Assembly: GCA_038087875.1 (NCBI GenBank) | Contig: CM075996.1 | Location: forward strand, 7,194,001-7,258,000 | Reading direction: 5' to 3' | Length of the DNA: 64,000 nt | Origin: Malacoraja senta | Lineage: Eukaryota | Shown: positions 11,563 to 25,830 of the stretch, piece by piece | Numbering within the stretch: the first letter of the stretch is position 1 | Layout: each line of letters opens with the position of its first letter | Made by a program: the position numbers and the translations under genes | Notes under the pieces: generated by a model | What the model saw: only the letters and a program-made list of their open reading frames with translations | Told to the model about the DNA's origin: nothing | Database searches by the model: none

Positions 11563-14500
11563 TCAGAAACGAACAGGTCCATGGTTAAATGGTGAACATT
11601 TCAAACAAAACAATTCATCCTTCCAGCAACTGACCTCCCATCTACCTCATTCCACAGATTCACCACCCTCTGGCTGAAGAAATCCCTCCTAATCTCCTTT
11701 CTAAAGGAAAGTCCTTTAATTCTGGGGCCGTGACCTCGAGTCCTACCGTCCTTAACCAGATTTGGTCTTTTGTTTTAGGTTAGAGATACAGCGCTGAAAC
11801 AGGCCCTTCGGCCCATCGACTCCACACCGACCAACGATCCCCGCGCTACTCTACACACACACCGGGGACAATTGTTTTTACATTTATAACACACCAATTA
11901 ACCTACAAACCTGTATGCTTTGGGAGTGTGTGGGAGGAAACCAAAAATCTCGGAGAAAACTCACGCAGGTCACAGGAAGAACGCACAAACTCCGCACAGA
12001 CAGCACCCGTAGTCGGGATCGAACCCGGGTCTCTGGCGCTCGAAGGGCCTACTCCTGCACCTATTTTCAATGTTTCTATGAACCGGTGATCGATGGTCAG
12101 CATGAACATGGTGGGCCGAAGGGCCTGTTTCCATGCGGCCTCTTTCAAGGATTCAATGAATATTCAATAAATGTTATATATTTTTTAAATTCCTCTTTGC
12201 ACTTTTAACACCCCTCAGAAGCTTTCAACCAACTTTATTGCCGAGGACATACTTTAAGCAGCAAGGCCGCCATTACATTGAATAGACCAGCAGTACACAG
12301 TTAGATCCCAACCAAATTGGTTGCCGTGCCAACGTTCCACCAGCATACATAGAAAAATCTCTACACGAGACCAAGTGGTGGCACGGTGGCTCAGCGGTAG
12401 AGTCGCTGCCTTACAACGCTTGCAGTGCCGGAGATCCAGGTTCGATCCCGACTACGGGTGCTGCCTGTACGGAGTTTGCACGTTCCCCCCGTGACCTGCG
12501 TTGGTTTCCCCCGAGATCTTTGGTTTCCTCCCACACTCCAAAGACGTCCAGTGCAGGTTTCTAGGTTGGTGTAAGTAAATTGTCCCTAGTGTGGTGTAGG
12601 ATAGTGTTAATGTGCGGGGATCGATGGTCGGCACGGACTCAGCGGGCCGAAGGGCCTGTTTCTGCGCTGTATCTCTCAACTAAACTAAACTAACACTGAT
12701 ATTTTACATAATAACCGGTGTATAAAATCATGTGGGGAATAGATAGGGTAGATGAGAGTCTTTTAACACAGCGTAGGGAAACCAAGGACCAGCGGACATA
12801 GGCATAAGGTGACTTTAGAGAGAAAAGGCCCTTCGGCCCACCAAGTCCGTGCCGACCAATGATCACCCGTACATTATTTCTATCCGACACACTAGGGACA
12901 ATGTACTGAAGCCAATTAACCTACAAAACTGCAAATCAAGAACAGAGGACATGGGTTTAAGGTGACTTTAAATATACTTTATAGTTTCGAGAGATACGGT
13001 TGGAAAAAGGGCCCTTCGGCCTACCAAGTCCGCGCCGGCCAGCGATCACCTCACACGAGTATTATCTACACTCCGGGACAATTTACAATTTGCAGAAGCC
13101 AATTAACCTACAACCCTGCAACTCTTTGGCGTGTGGGGGGAAACCAGAGCACCCGGAGGTCACGGGGAGAACGTACAAACTCCGTACAGACAGCACCCGT
13201 AGTCAGGATCAAACCCGGGTCTCTGGCGCTGTGAGGCAGCAACTCTACCGCTGCGCCACCGTGCCACCCGGATTTTCATTGCCATGGAATTCAAAGATCA
13301 ACTAAGCGGGTTTCACCTCCCCCCCTTATTTACCCAACAAGGCCTTCAGTTAAAATCCATTCCTGACCAAATAATAAGATCATAACGGATGGGAGCAGAA
13401 TTAGGCCATTCGGCCCATCAAGTCTACTCCGCCATTCAATCATGGCTGATCTATCTCTCCCTCCTAACCCTATTCCCCTGCCTTCTCCCATAACCCGACA
13501 CCAAATAGAAACATAAAAAATAGAAACTAGGTGCAGGAGTAGGCCATTCGGCCCTTTGAGCCTGCAATATGATCATACCTGATCATCCAAAATCTGTACC
13601 CCGTTCTTGCTTTTTTCCCCATATCCCTTGATTCCTTTACCCAAAGAGCTAAATCTAACTCTCTCTTGAAACATTCAGTGAATTGGCTTCAACTGCCTTC
13701 TGTGGCAGAGAATTCCACAGATTCACAACTCTCTGGGTGAAAATGTTTTTCTATCGTCATAGTCCTAAATGGCCAACCTCTTATTCTTATAAATGTGCCC
13801 AGAAACTGGGCAAACAGGTCCAATTTAAGACCCTTGGATCAGGAGTTAAGAGGCGGTTGGTTCAACAAGACATCTTGACACCGTGTCGATGTTAAACGAT
13901 TATTAATAATACCTCGTGAACCTAAACACGACTTCAGATTTTCCAACAAGCCCTGTGGATGACTCACTTCTGGCTGTGGATGGTTGCCAGGGCAACGACT
14001 TGCGTTTGCATCAACTGGCTCATTTCCCCAACCAGGTTGATTATCCTGCCGCCTGCTATATAACAAGAAGTCAGTCTGAAGAAGGGTCTCGAGCCGAAAC
14101 GTCGCCCATTCCTTCTCTCCAGAGATGCTGCCTCACCCGCTGAGGTGTGAGATGCTGCCTCGCCCGCATTTTGTGTCTGCCACCGATTTAAACCAGCGTC
14201 TGCAGTTCTTTCTTACACAAGCCAACCCTCTCCCTCCAGGGCTGGGTATTTTCACCTCTGGGGGTGGAAACCTTCTTGTCCTAGCTCGACAGGAAGACTA
14301 ATACGGGCAGGACCCATACAGGGCTCGGGGTAGTATTGTAGAGCAGAGGGTTCAGTCTGAGGAAGGGTCTCGACCCGAAACCTCACCCCCTTCCTTCTCT
14401 TCAGAGATGCTGCCTGTCCCGCTGAGTTACTCCAGCATTTCGTGTCTGTAGAGGGATCTTGTTGTGTAGAGCAGGGGGATCTAGGAGCGCAGGTACACAG

Positions 14501-14807
14501 TGACAACCAAGAATAGTTCGGTGACTACTGGAGAGACAGTTGACAGCAGGGAAAGCCGCCGCCCGGGAAAGGCTGGGTTAGCACCCCAGTCTGTGTCTTT
14601 CGTGAGAAAGTCACCCAATAATGCTACGGAAAGGCTAATGAACCACCATGGCCTAAACATCCATCGGAGAAATGCTCGGAGAAGGAGAAAGAGGCGCAGT
14701 GCAGCGCAACAGGCCTTGAACCTGGTGAGACGCAGGAGGAGCCCGGCCAGGACTCACCCCACAGAGCCCAGTCCCTCCACACACTAGAGTCTCCCAACCC
14801 CTGCAGA

Positions 14808-14990
14808 GTGGTTACTAAGATGGCTGATCCGTGGGCGGTTGCTGCTGGGACGGAAGTCAGGGCCTGATCAACCCGGCTGGGTCGCCTGGGCGAGGGTGTC
14901 TGATGTTGTGAGACCCGAAACACCCGATGACCCCAGGTCCCATCACTGAGGATGCGTCCCAGCGCATCTAGAAGATGTATATTTTTCACA
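14808..14990 (+). mobile_element. Probable Hero-clade (R2-like, RLE) non-LTR retrotransposon 3' end
   Basis: Reads DPWAVAAGTEVRA* followed by CCCGGCTGGGTCGCCTGGGCGAGGGTGTCTGATG...GACCCGAAACACCCGATGACCCCAGG, resembling fish Hero 3' ends. Recognised from memory, not aligned. Confidence 0.5.
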
Positions 14991-15872
14991 GTTCATTGAA
15001 AGAGGGCATCACAGGTAGGTAGGATGGTCAAAAAGGCTTTTGGCACATTGGCCTACATCAGTAGGAGGACTGAGCAAAGAGGTTGGGAGGTCATGTTGCA
15101 GTTGTAGAAGAGGCCGCATCTAGAGCATTGTGTTCAGCTCTGGACACCACGCTATAGGATAGATGTTGTCAAGCTGGAAAGGGTGCAGAGAAGATTTAGG
15201 AGAATGTTGCCAGGACTCGAGGGGCCTGAGCTCCAGGGAGAGGTTGAGCAGGCTGGGACTTTATTCCTTGGGGCGCAGGAGGATGAGGTGTACAAAATCT
15301 GATAGAGGTGTACAAAATTAAGTCGGAGATAGGGCAGGCGCACAGTCTCTTGCCCAGAGTAGGAGAATCGAGAACCAGAGGGACATAGGTTTAAGGTGAG
15401 GGGAGAGAGAGATTTAATAGGAGCCCGAGGGGTAACTTTTTCACACAGTGTGGGGGTGGGTGTATGGAACAAGCTGCCGGAGGAGGTAGTTTAGGCAGTT
15501 TAAGAAGCAGTTAGGCAAGTGCATGGATAGGTTGGTCTAGAGGGATAGGGGCCAAATGTGGGCAGGTGGGACTGGTGTAGATGGGCATGATGGTCAGGTT
15601 GGGCTGAAGGGCTCGTTTCCCTGCTGTATCACTTCATGACCCACGTCTGATTGGGATGGGCCAGCTCCACAAAGCTACTCAGCTGAGGGCAAGCAATGGT
15701 AGAGTCAACCCTCTCAGGAAGGGTGCGGTTGGGAGAAGATACAGACACAAAGTGCTGGAGTAACTCGGTAACTTTGATAAGTTTCAATGAGGTCCCCCCC
15801 CCCATCCCTACTAAACTCCAACGAGTACAGGCCCAGAGCCGTCAAACGCTCATCATACGTTAACCCAACCAT

Positions 15873-16198
15873 AGGGCGGCACTGGTGGCGCAGCGGTAGA
15901 GTTGCTGCCTCACAGCGCCAGAGACCCAGGTTCGATCCTGACTGAAGGTGCTGTCTGCACGGAGTTTGCACTGTTTCTCCCTGTGACCTGCATGCCTTTT
16001 CTCCGAGATCTTCGGTTTCCTCCCCACTCAAAGACGTACAGGTTTGTAGGTTAATTAGCTTGGTGTAAATGTAAATTGTCCCTTGAATGTGTAGGATAGT
16101 GTTTGTGTGCGGGGATCGCTGGTCGGCGCAGACTCGGTGGGCCGAAGGGCCTGTTTCCGCGCTGTATCTCAAAAAAACTAAACTAAACTAAACTAAAC
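15873..16198 (+). mobile_element. tRNA-derived V-SINE (HE1-like), representative full-length copy; about 30 copies in the window on both strands
   Basis: Pol III A box TGGCGCAGCGG and B box GGTTCGATCC, central V-domain (GGAGTTTG...GGTTTCCTCCC...CAAAGAC), CR1-like 3' end and (TAAAC)n tail. Other copies include 10476-10790, 12378-12692, 17177-17473, 20757-21073(-), 30145-30443, 34150-34450(-), 44326-44630, 56785-57068(-), 60295-60619 and 63177-63490. Confidence 0.9.
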
Positions 16199-19100
16199 CA
16201 TTGGTAGATAAAAAATGCTGGAGAAACTCAGCGGTGAGGCAGCATCTATGGAGCGAAGGAATAGATGACGGTTCTATTGGTCTGTGGAATTCTCATGCCT
16301 CAGAGGGCGGGTGGAGGTCAGTTCTCTGGATACTTTCAGAGAGAGCTAGATAGGGCTCTTAACAATAGTGGAGTCAGGGGATATGGGGAGAAGGCAGGAA
16401 CGGGGTACTGATTGGGGATGATCAGCCATGATCCCATTGAATGGAGGTCGGTGCTGGCTCGAAGGGCCGAATGGCCTACTCCTGCACCTATTGTCTATTG
16501 TCTTCGCTCCATAGATGCTGCCTCACCTGCCGAGTTTCTCCAGCATTTTTATCTACCTTCGATTTTTTCCGCATCTGCAGTTCCTTCTTAAACTAAACCA
16601 TTCGTTGCCTAACCATGGACCTACTACCAAGATCCAGGTCCTTCAAGTGCATCAAGGTTTCCTGCAGCTGTATAGCTAATGGAATCAATCAGGGAGACGG
16701 GGTTTTCAAAAGGCAGGTTACAGAGGGAACTGACTGTAGGGGGATATGGAAGGTAAGGTGTGAAAACAACAGCCCTTTCACACATCACCCTTCCATATCT
16801 CTAGTCTCCCTCTCCCCCGCCTCTCAGTCTGAAGGAGGGTCTCGACCGAAACTTCACCCCTTCCTTCTCCTCCAGAGATGCTGCTGTCCCGCTGAGTTAC
16901 TCCGGCATTTTGTGTCTATCCTCGGTATAAACCAGCGTCTGCAGTTCCTTCCCACACATTTCTCACAAGAGGAGCAGCTTTTCCTGCCAGCCAGCCTGAA
17001 CAGGTCGGGCCCAGGTGTTAATGTGAACAAGCGCAGCCTACTCCCATGGCCCAGGTGTTAATGTGAACAAGCGCAGAGTACTCCCAGTCTGGGTGTGCAT
17101 GCCTCTGTCTGTGCTGCAGAGGCAACAGAGAATAGAAACACATTAAACTAACGCAACAAATTTAAGGGACAAATTAAGGGCGGCACGATGGCGCAGGGTT
17201 AGAGCTACTGCCTCACAGCGCCAGAGACCGGGTTCGATCCCGACTACGGGTGCTTGTCTGTACAGAGTTTGTACGTTCTCCCCCGTGACCTGCGTGGGTT
17301 TTCTCCGGGATCTTCGGTTTCCTCCCACGTGCAGGTTTGTAGGTTAATTGGCTTGGTGTAAATGTAAATTGTCCCTAGTGTGTGTTGGACAGTGTTAGTG
17401 TGCGGGGATCGCTGGTCGGCGCGGACTCGGTGGGCAAAAGGGGCCTGTTTCCGCGCTGTATCTGTAAACTAAAACCTCCGAGCCCCACAAAACCACCAAC
17501 ACAGTCAGAGACCTACAGCAAGAGAAATGGCCCTTCAGCCCATCTAGTATACACTGACCATCAATTTTCTTTTTCGATATACGTGATCCCAGGAATGATT
17601 GGGTTAACACATGAGTGTTTGACAGCACTGGGGCCTGTACTCGCTGGAGTTTAGAAAGATGAGGGGGGACCTGATCAAAGGATATGGGGAGGAAAGCAGG
17701 AAAGGGGTACTGATTTTGGATGATCATTTTGAATGACGAAGGGCCGAATGGTCTACTCCTGCAACTATTTTCTCTGTTTCTAGGATACTTACCGAATAAT
17801 GAAAAGGCTGGATAGAGTGGATTGTGGTGAGGAGTCCAGGACCAGAGGGGTAGGAGATTCTTTGATTAAAGAGGGCGGTGAATCTGCAGAATTAATTGCC
17901 ACAGACAGCTGTGGAGGCCAAGTCAATGGATATTTTCAAGACGGATTCTTAATTAAGGTGTCAGGGGTTTCAAGGTGTCAGGGGTTATGGGAGAAGGCTG
18001 GAGAATGGGGTTGAGAGGAAAAGATCGATCAGCCATGATTGAATGGCGGAGTAGACTAGATGGGCAGAATGGCCTAATGCTGCTCCTAATGAACTTAGAT
18101 TAGTTCCATCTTGTTCCCCCAACCCCCCCCCCCCCCACAATTCCTATCGAACCCGGGTCTCTACCAGGCTCGGCACGGTAGAACTGCTGCCTTACAGTGG
18201 CAGAGACACGGGTTCGATCACAACTGCGGGTCCTGTCTGTACGGAGTTTGTACGTTCTCCCCGTGACCTGCGTGGGTTTTCTCCGAGATTTCCGGTTTCC
18301 ACCCACACTCCAAAGACGTGCAGGTTTGTATGCTAATTGGCTTGGTATAAATGTTTTTTTTTTTTAAATTGTCCCTCGTGTGTGTGGGATAGCGTTAGTG
18401 TGCGGGGATCGCTGGGACTCGGTGGGCCGAAGGGCCCCGTTTCTGCGCTGTATCTCTAAACTAAAACTAAACTCACAGTTTACAGAGGCCGATGAACACA
18501 CCGACCCATCTGCCTGTGGGATGTGGGAGCAGACCGGAGCATCAGGGAAGAAATCCACGTGGTCACGGGGAAAAACATGCAAACTCCACACAGACAGCGC
18601 CAGAGGTCGGCACGGAATCTGGGGTGGTAGGAGCTGCATGGAAGCGACCCTACCAACCATGCCATGCACCAATGGGCTGCACCGGAGGCAAAAGATCACG
18701 AGTTCAAGTGCTGCTGCAGAATACAACAATCCATAAGTTCCCAGATAAGGGCCTGTCCCACTGTACGAGGTAATTCAAGAGTTCTCCCAAGTTTTCCCCC
18801 GGATTCGAACTCGGAGAATGTCCGTAGCGGGTCCGTAGGAGCTCGTGGATGTCTCGTAGGTACTCGGGAAATCCGGTAAACTCGTGACGTTTTTTCAACG
18901 CTGTGAAAAACGTCCACGAATAAAAGAAATACTCGTGATGAAATACTCGCACGAGCCGCTACGGGACATCCACAAACTCTACAGACCCGCTACGGACATT
19001 CTCCAAGTTCGAATCAGGGGAAAACTCAGGAGAACTCTTGAATTACCTCGTACAGTGGGACAGGGGGCTTCTTAAGGACTCGTGGTTCTTAAGATAGAGT

Positions 19101-19619
19101 AGTAGAATTCGGCCATTCAGCCCATCGAGTCTGCTTCACTATCCAATCGGGGATATTGAGATTTAGACTTTAGAGATACAACTCAGACTTTAGAGATACA
19201 GCGTGGAAACAGGCCCTTCGGCCAGCGAGTACGCACTGACCACTCGTACACTAGTTCTATCCCACACGCTAGGGACAACTTACAGAAGCCAATCAACCGA
19301 CAAGCTTGCATGTGTTTAGAGTGTGGGAGAAAACCCACGCAGGTCACGGGGAGAACGTGCAAAACTCCGTACAGACAGCACCCGATGTCGGGCTCAAACC
19401 CGGGTCGCTGGCGCTGTGAGGCTGCAACTCTACCGCTGCGCCTACCGTGCTGCCCCTGCCGTACAGGTACATGAGCGTGCTGGCTAGGTCAGTGACGGGG
19501 TCAGACAAACTTCACTGTTCACGATGACTTCTACGTACACTCCCCGACACTCACCTCCCCCCCCACCCTCCAATTCCTCCGCTAATAATCGGTTAACCGG
19601 TACCACAGTTTGTTGCGCG

Positions 19620-19789
19620 CGTGTGTGTGTGGGGGCGTGTGTGTGTGTGTGTGTGTGGTGTTTGTGTTTGTGAATGTGCATGAGTCTATATTCGTGTGTG
19701 CATTTATGTGCGGTGTGTGTGGTGTGTGCATGAGTCTCTATATATGTGTGTGCATGTGTGTATATGTGAGGTGTATGCATGTGCATGAG

Positions 19790-19828
<39 letters not shown>

Positions 19829-19950
19829 ATGTATATGTGTGTGTGTGCACTTTCTAAGTATGTATGTGCGTATAAATATACATATACATACATTGTATAT
19901 ATACACACAATATATATGTGCATGTATAAATATCACATGCATATACAGAT
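19620..19950. repeat. (TG)n/(TA)n alternating purine-pyrimidine microsatellite
   Basis: About 330 bp of degenerate TG/TA repeats. Confidence 0.9.
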
Positions 19951-21599
19951 GCTGAGTATGCTCTACCTAGAGCTTTTCAGCGTACTACTACTGACCTCCC
20001 GTATGCCAGGGATGTTCCCTGATCTTCCAATCTACCTCTTTGTGCATTCATGTTTTTTTTTCCCCTCTGCACTTCACTTTATAAACAGAAACACTACATT
20101 CTGTACTCTGTTTATTTTTCGTGCTAACTGACTACCCGTGCTGTCTGCAAGGAGTTTGCAGGTTCTCCCTGTGACCGCGTGGGTTTTTCTCCGGGTTTCC
20201 TCCCACACTGCAAAGAGGTACAGGTTTTTTTTAGGTTAATTGGCGTCAGTAAAAATCGGAAATTGTCCATAGTGTGTGTAGGATAGTGCTAGTGTACGGA
20301 GTGACCTCTGGTCGACACGGACTCGGTGGGCCGAATGGCCTGTTCCGTGCTGTATCTCTAAAGTATAGAGTCTAATTGGTTAGCTCTACCGTAAAAGCTA
20401 GCAACGGGATAATGGGCTGAATGGCCACGAACACTCGCGTATCTAGATACAACACAGACACAAACCATACTGCGCCTCGCTCGCCTTTAAATTTGGCACG
20501 GGCAAGAAGTCTAGCCTGCACCAAATCACAGCAATTCAGAAGACCATCACTGTTTTCTTCAGAAGATAGACGCAAAAAGCTGGAGTAACTCAGCGGGTCT
20601 CTCTGGAGAAAAGGAAATTGGTGACATTTCGGGTCGAGACCCTTCTTCGGACCCGAAACATCGCCTATTCCTTCTCTCCAGAGAGAGATGCTTGCTGTCT
20701 GTCCCGCTGAGTTACTCCAGCATTTTATGTCTATCTTCGGTTTAAACCTCCATCTTAGTTTAGTTTCGAGATACAGCGCGGAAACAGGCCCTTGGGTCCA
20801 CCGAGTCTGCGCCGACCAGCGATCCCCGCACATTAACACCACCCTACACACACTGGGGACAATTTACATTTACACCAAGTCAATTAACCTACGAACCTGT
20901 ACGTCTTTGGAGTGCGGGGAGGAAACCGAAGATCTCGGAGAAAACCCACACAGGTCACGGGGAGAACGTACAAACTCCGTACAGACAGCACCCGTGGTCG
21001 GGATCGAACCCGGGTCTCTGGCGCTGCACGCACTGTAAGCAGCGACTCTACCGCTGCACCACCGTACCGCCCCTGCACTATTTTCTTCAGGGTCAAGGTC
21101 TTTATCGGCACCACCAAATCCCTAGAATTTACGAAGTGGAAGACCCAGTTATATACAAAGGCAGTCAGAAGAGTAAACAAATTGCAGATCAGGCAGATTA
21201 AACTTTGAAGCTTCTTGGCCTTAATAGCTCAAAACCACATCAAACAGTGCTTCAAACCTTCAGTAAGCCACACTGTCCTAAGCAAGTGTACACAGAGTTT
21301 TATCATTCACTCTGAAGAGCTTGTTTTTTGCAACTTATGTATATATTTTTTAACGTGTCTTGAGAAACCAATAGGGGGTGACTGGGCCCACCTGATCGCT
21401 CGGTAGCCAAACACTTCATCCCCATAGATAGACACAAAATGCTGGAGTAACTCAGCGGAACAGGCAGCATCTCTGGAGAGTCCTGCAAGGGTCTCGACCC
21501 AAATCATCACCCATTCATTCCTTCTCCCCACAGATGCTGCCTGTCCTACTGAGTTACTCCAGCATTTTGTGTCTATCTTCGGTTTAAACCAGCATCCTC

Positions 21600-22745
21600 A
21601 AGTCACTTTAACTCCCCTTCCCATTCCCACATTGACCTTTCTGTCAGAGTGAGGCCCAGCGCAAATTGGAGGAACAGCACCTCATATTTCGCTTGGCCAG
21701 CTTACACCCCAGCAGGGGCGGAACCCCGGGGGGGCCAGAGGGGACACGTCCCCCCCCCCCCCCCATGTTTGAGAGGTGGGGGACATCCCCCCCAAGTTTT
21801 TGTGATCCTGATTTAAAGATCTCCGCTTTCCACGAGACAGTGGGGGTGGGACTGCTGATCGAGGGCGAGATGAATGGAGGAGGGAGGAGTGGGTGGTGGG
21901 ATTGAGGATAGAGTGCGGCGATTGGAGGGAGACGTGACACAGACCTGCACCTCATCCGCAGGCAGGATCGATCCCGGCCGGGTCTCCGCCGCTGTCCTGA
22001 GTGCCCCCCCCCCCCCCCCAGAGAGGTCGGGAGTCAGAAGCGAGCTGTGCCCCCAGGCCCACAGCAGCGCAGAGAAACATTGCTAAACCCAGCTCAACTC
22101 AGCCTGTCCCGCCAGGTGAACCTGCCTGGACTTGCGGGAAATATGGCCAGCGCGGAGAACCAGCGCTGGTGTCCCGTCAGTCCAGCCAGGGCTGTAGTTA
22201 ACCCGGCGAGGACAGGCAGAGTTGAGCTGCATTAGCGCTGGATTGAGCCTCCGAAGCCTCGCGTGTGTGTGTGTGTGCGTGCATGCGCGCGTGGCCGCCA
22301 AAAAATTGTGTGTCCCCCCGTCCCCTCCATGTTTTGATAGCGAGTTCCGCTCTTGCACCCCAGCGGTATGAACTTTAATTTCTCCAAGTAACCCTTGCAT
22401 TCCCTCTCTCTCGCTATCCCTCCCCCACCCAAGTCGTACCAGCTTCAAAGTCGTCTCGTTGAGTCTCATTGCCTGTAACTCGTTTTCACCTAACTCACAG
22501 CCAACAATGGCCTGTTTCCTTTATCATCGTTACTTTTTTGCATATCTTTCATTCATTTGTTCTTTATCTCTCTACATCACCGTCTATATCTCTCGTTTCC
22601 CTTTCCCCTGACTCTCAGTCTGAAGAAGGGGTTCCGACCCGGAACATCAGATGTTCCTTTTCCCCAGAGATGCTGTCTGTCCCCGCTGAGTTACTCCACT
22701 CCATCTTCGATTTAAACCAGCATCTGCAGTTCCTTCCTACACAAG
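21600..22745 (+). mobile_element. Penelope-like element 3' remnant interrupted by the hAT MITE
   Basis: QRKLEEQHLIFRLASLHPS|GMN across the hAT insertion, then CAGTCTGAAGAAGGGGTTCCGACCC terminal repeat at 22620. Confidence 0.75.
21713..22355. mobile_element. Non-autonomous hAT-type element (643 bp)
   Basis: Perfect 8 bp TSD CACCCCAG (21705-21712 and 22356-22363); imperfect TIRs CAGGGGCGGAAC / GTTCCGCTCTTG; inserted in a Penelope remnant. Confidence 0.88.
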
Positions 22746-22839
22746 GTCGCTAAACTTCCAGTTATAACTAACACAAAGGCATGTTTGCTGGATCAATCAA
22801 ATTGTATAGTTGGATTAGAGACACAAAAAGCTGGAGTAA

Positions 22840-23524
22840 AGGGGCTGTCCCACTGTGGCGACCTAATCCGCGAGTTAAGAGTGTCTTCGACCTTCAAGCT
22901 CGAGGGCACTCGCCTGGAAAACCTCGAGCTGGATCGACCGTATACACACAAACACATCGCAAAGGCGGGGGGGCCAGGGAAAGCGGGGGATCGCTGTCTG
23001 AAATTCACACCCGCGATGAACAGGAAGGTAAAAGATGGCTGCACAGTGTACGGCAAGTCCTTTAGAGAGCTCGGGGGGGGGGGTGGAGAGAAGGGGGGGG
23101 GAGAAGGAGTAGAGACACTTTTAAGAAGTTTAATGAAGTTTAGCGGGCATTTTACCTCCCAGTCGGTTTTCCTTGGTCCTGAAAACTCCAATGAGCCAAT
23201 TAAAATGCCCCGGTCAGCGAAGGAGATTGCCTATGGCTTACCCCTCGACTGCCTGTACTAAATAGCGACCCCACTCCACTGCCCTACGAGTTCAAAAGAA
23301 CCGTGCCGACCAAATTTTGCTTTGCAAATTTTTTCAACATGCTGAAACATTTTCCACGACCTAGCTGAGGCCGCGAGTATTCGGGAACTTCCCTCGAGCA
23401 TGAAGGAGAGTTCTAGTGACCTCATAGGACTTCCTAGGACCACGTGTCGACCATGCTGCGAGTTTGAGTCGAGGGCAAACTCTTCTAAACTTGCAGATTA
23501 GGTCGCCGCAGTGGGACAGCCCCT
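22840..23524. mobile_element. PIF/Harbinger-like MITE, long type (685 bp)
   Basis: TIR AGGGGCTGTCCCACTG / CAGTGGGACAGCCCCT; TAA duplicated within the host repeat motif CTGGAG-TAA-CTC. Confidence 0.85.
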
Positions 23525-23585
23525 TAACTCAAGAGTCATTAGTGTTTTATAGTCATATATCCCAGATAGAACAATGAAATTCATA

Positions 23586-23818
23586 AGGGCCTGTCCCACT
23601 TGGTGATTTTTTTTCGGCGACTGCCGGCATCATTGACTGACGTATCAGGTCACCGAACAATTCGCGGCATGATGACGTATATGACGCGCGGTGTTTTTTC
23701 GAGTGAAGCATCGTTTTTTTTTGTCGCCGCTGGGATTTTGAAATGTTCAAAATCCTTTTAGCGACACTGGTATGACGCCGGCAGTCGCCAAAAAAAATCT
23801 CCAAGTGGGACAGGCCCT
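23586..23818. mobile_element. MITE with the same AGGGCCTGTCCCACT terminus and a different interior (233 bp)
   Basis: AGGGCCTGTCCCACTTGG ... CCAAGTGGGACAGGCCCT. Confidence 0.8.
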
Positions 23819-25198
23819 TTCCTTGCTGCAGCACAACAGAATATGTAACTCAACTCAGCGGGTCAGGCAGCATCTCTGGAGAAAAGGAACACCTGGCGTT
23901 TCGGGTCGAGAACCTTCTTCAGACAGACAGGATTGTAGAATCAAATGTTTGAGTTGAGTGTATTGTCACGTGTACCGAGGTACAGTGAAAAGCTTTTGTC
24001 ACGTGCTATCCAGTCAGTGGAAAGACAATACATGATTACAATAGAGGCCTTCCACAGTGTACAGATACAGGATAAAAGGAATTACGTGAATAACGTTTAG
24101 TGCAAGATAAAGCCAGATCAAAGATAGTCCAGGGGTCTCCAGTGAGGTAGATAGTAGCTCAGCACTGCTTGTTGTAGGATGGTTCAGTTGCCTGATAACA
24201 GCTGGGAAGAAACTGTCCCTGAATCTGGAATAAAATAGACCCGTCTTGCTTCTGTTCCTTATGATCTCTTAGCCTGTTCCACAAGTCATGGTTGGGCAGC
24301 GGTAGAGTTGCTACCTCACAGCGCCAGGGACCCGGGTTCGATCCTGACTACGGGTGCTGCCTGTATGGAGTTGTACCTTCTCCCCGTGACCTACGTGGAG
24401 CTCCGATTTCCTCCCACACTCCAAAGACGTGCAGGTTTGTAGGTTAGCTGGCTGCGGTAAAATATGGTAAACTTGTCCCTAGTGCGTGTAGGATAGTGTC
24501 AGTACACGGGGTGATCGCTGGTCGGTGCGGACTCGGTGGGGCCGAAGGGCCTGTTCCCGCGCTGCATCTCCAACGCCATTACCCTGTCCGATCCTTCAGT
24601 TCCCAGTGATCTAAAAACCCACGTCGGCCATGAAATGTTGGAAGAACACAGCTCAGTGGAGTAGAGAATTCAGAAGATGGGAATGTGGGGGGTGGAGGGG
24701 GGGATTGTGCTGAAACACATCCTGGAGGGCCGGTCGGTGAGCAGACTGGCGACGGGAGGGAGTGCAGGGCCTGGACGGGGGAGTGGGCCACCGGAGGCCC
24801 TGCAGCAGCTCCAAGAGGCCGAGCACGTGGACCGGACGCGGGTGGAGCGGCGGCGGTGGACCCCACGGCGACGCTTGGCCAGGCCAACCCTGCAACGTCG
24901 CCATGGCACGGGCCTTCATGGTCCAGGTCAGGAACCCTGCACTTGCAACAACTGGGACTTGAAAATGGCGCCAAATCTGTGCACTGCCTCGGTGTACTAC
25001 TACTATATACTTGTACTGTATCTGAGATACTTATATAAGATGTATATACGTGCTTGTGTATCGTGATACTTGTACTCAACTGTGTACAATAATGACTTGG
25101 GGTGGGAGATTGCAACCTTCACCTGGTCCACCCTGTTTCGACGAATGCAATCAACCTGACGTGCACAAACAGAAGATCAAACAGGACAAGACGTCTTA

Positions 25199-25383
25199 AG
25201 GGCCTGTCCCACTTGGCTGACATTGCGCGACAACATTTACAAGTCACGACGCACGACTGGTGCGTGATGACATAGGCAGTGATGCGCGGCCGCACGTGGC
25301 GTCGCAGGTGACGCCAGTGAAGTACAAATCTTCGCGCGCCATCTGCGTGACGCGGCAAATGACGGCCAAGCGGGACAGGCCCT
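25199..25383. mobile_element. MITE with the same terminus and another interior type (185 bp)
   Basis: AGGGCCTGTCCCACTTGGC ... GCCAAGCGGGACAGGCCCT. Confidence 0.8.
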
Positions 25384-25830
25384 TCGCAACTTTAGGCTGT
25401 GCACGCCATACGCAAGAAGAAGAACAATGGCTTTCACTGTACCCTCGGTACATGTGACAAAGTACCATACCATTCTAAAGAGCAGGCTTACCATAAAGTA
25501 AAATTTGGATTCAAAACTTCTCTTTCAATCCCTCACAATTCTGATTCCCCACAATTAAGCTCGTCAGAAACTAATTCCAGACTTTGCCCCGGGCTAAAAT
25601 TCTTCTGCCCCGCCCCAACGTCTGCATAAATCTCCAAATGCCCCGAGGCGTTGTTTGCTGCACCACCTCTTTTATAGAGTCTGAAGAAGGGTCTCGACCA
25701 CGAAACGACAGCACCGCCCGCCATGTAATATCATCATGGCTGATCATCCAAAAGCAGTACCCCGTTCCTGCTTTCTCCCCATCTCCCCCATCTCCCTTGA
25801 TTCCGTTAGCCCCAAGAGCTAAATCTAACT

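Noticed and set aside
15873..15950. tRNA genes at the heads of the recurrent repeat
   Set aside because: A and B boxes are present but continue directly into the SINE body; no complete cloverleaf.
17008..17086. 40 bp direct repeat x2
   Set aside because: Simple local slippage duplication with no further structure.
19484..20131. His/Thr-rich and Cys/Val-rich ORFs
   Set aside because: Translations of the TG/CA microsatellite.
24579..25115. Cluster of overlapping GC-rich ORFs
   Set aside because: No recognisable domain or splice structure; open frames are expected from the GC content. Probably an unclassified repeat.
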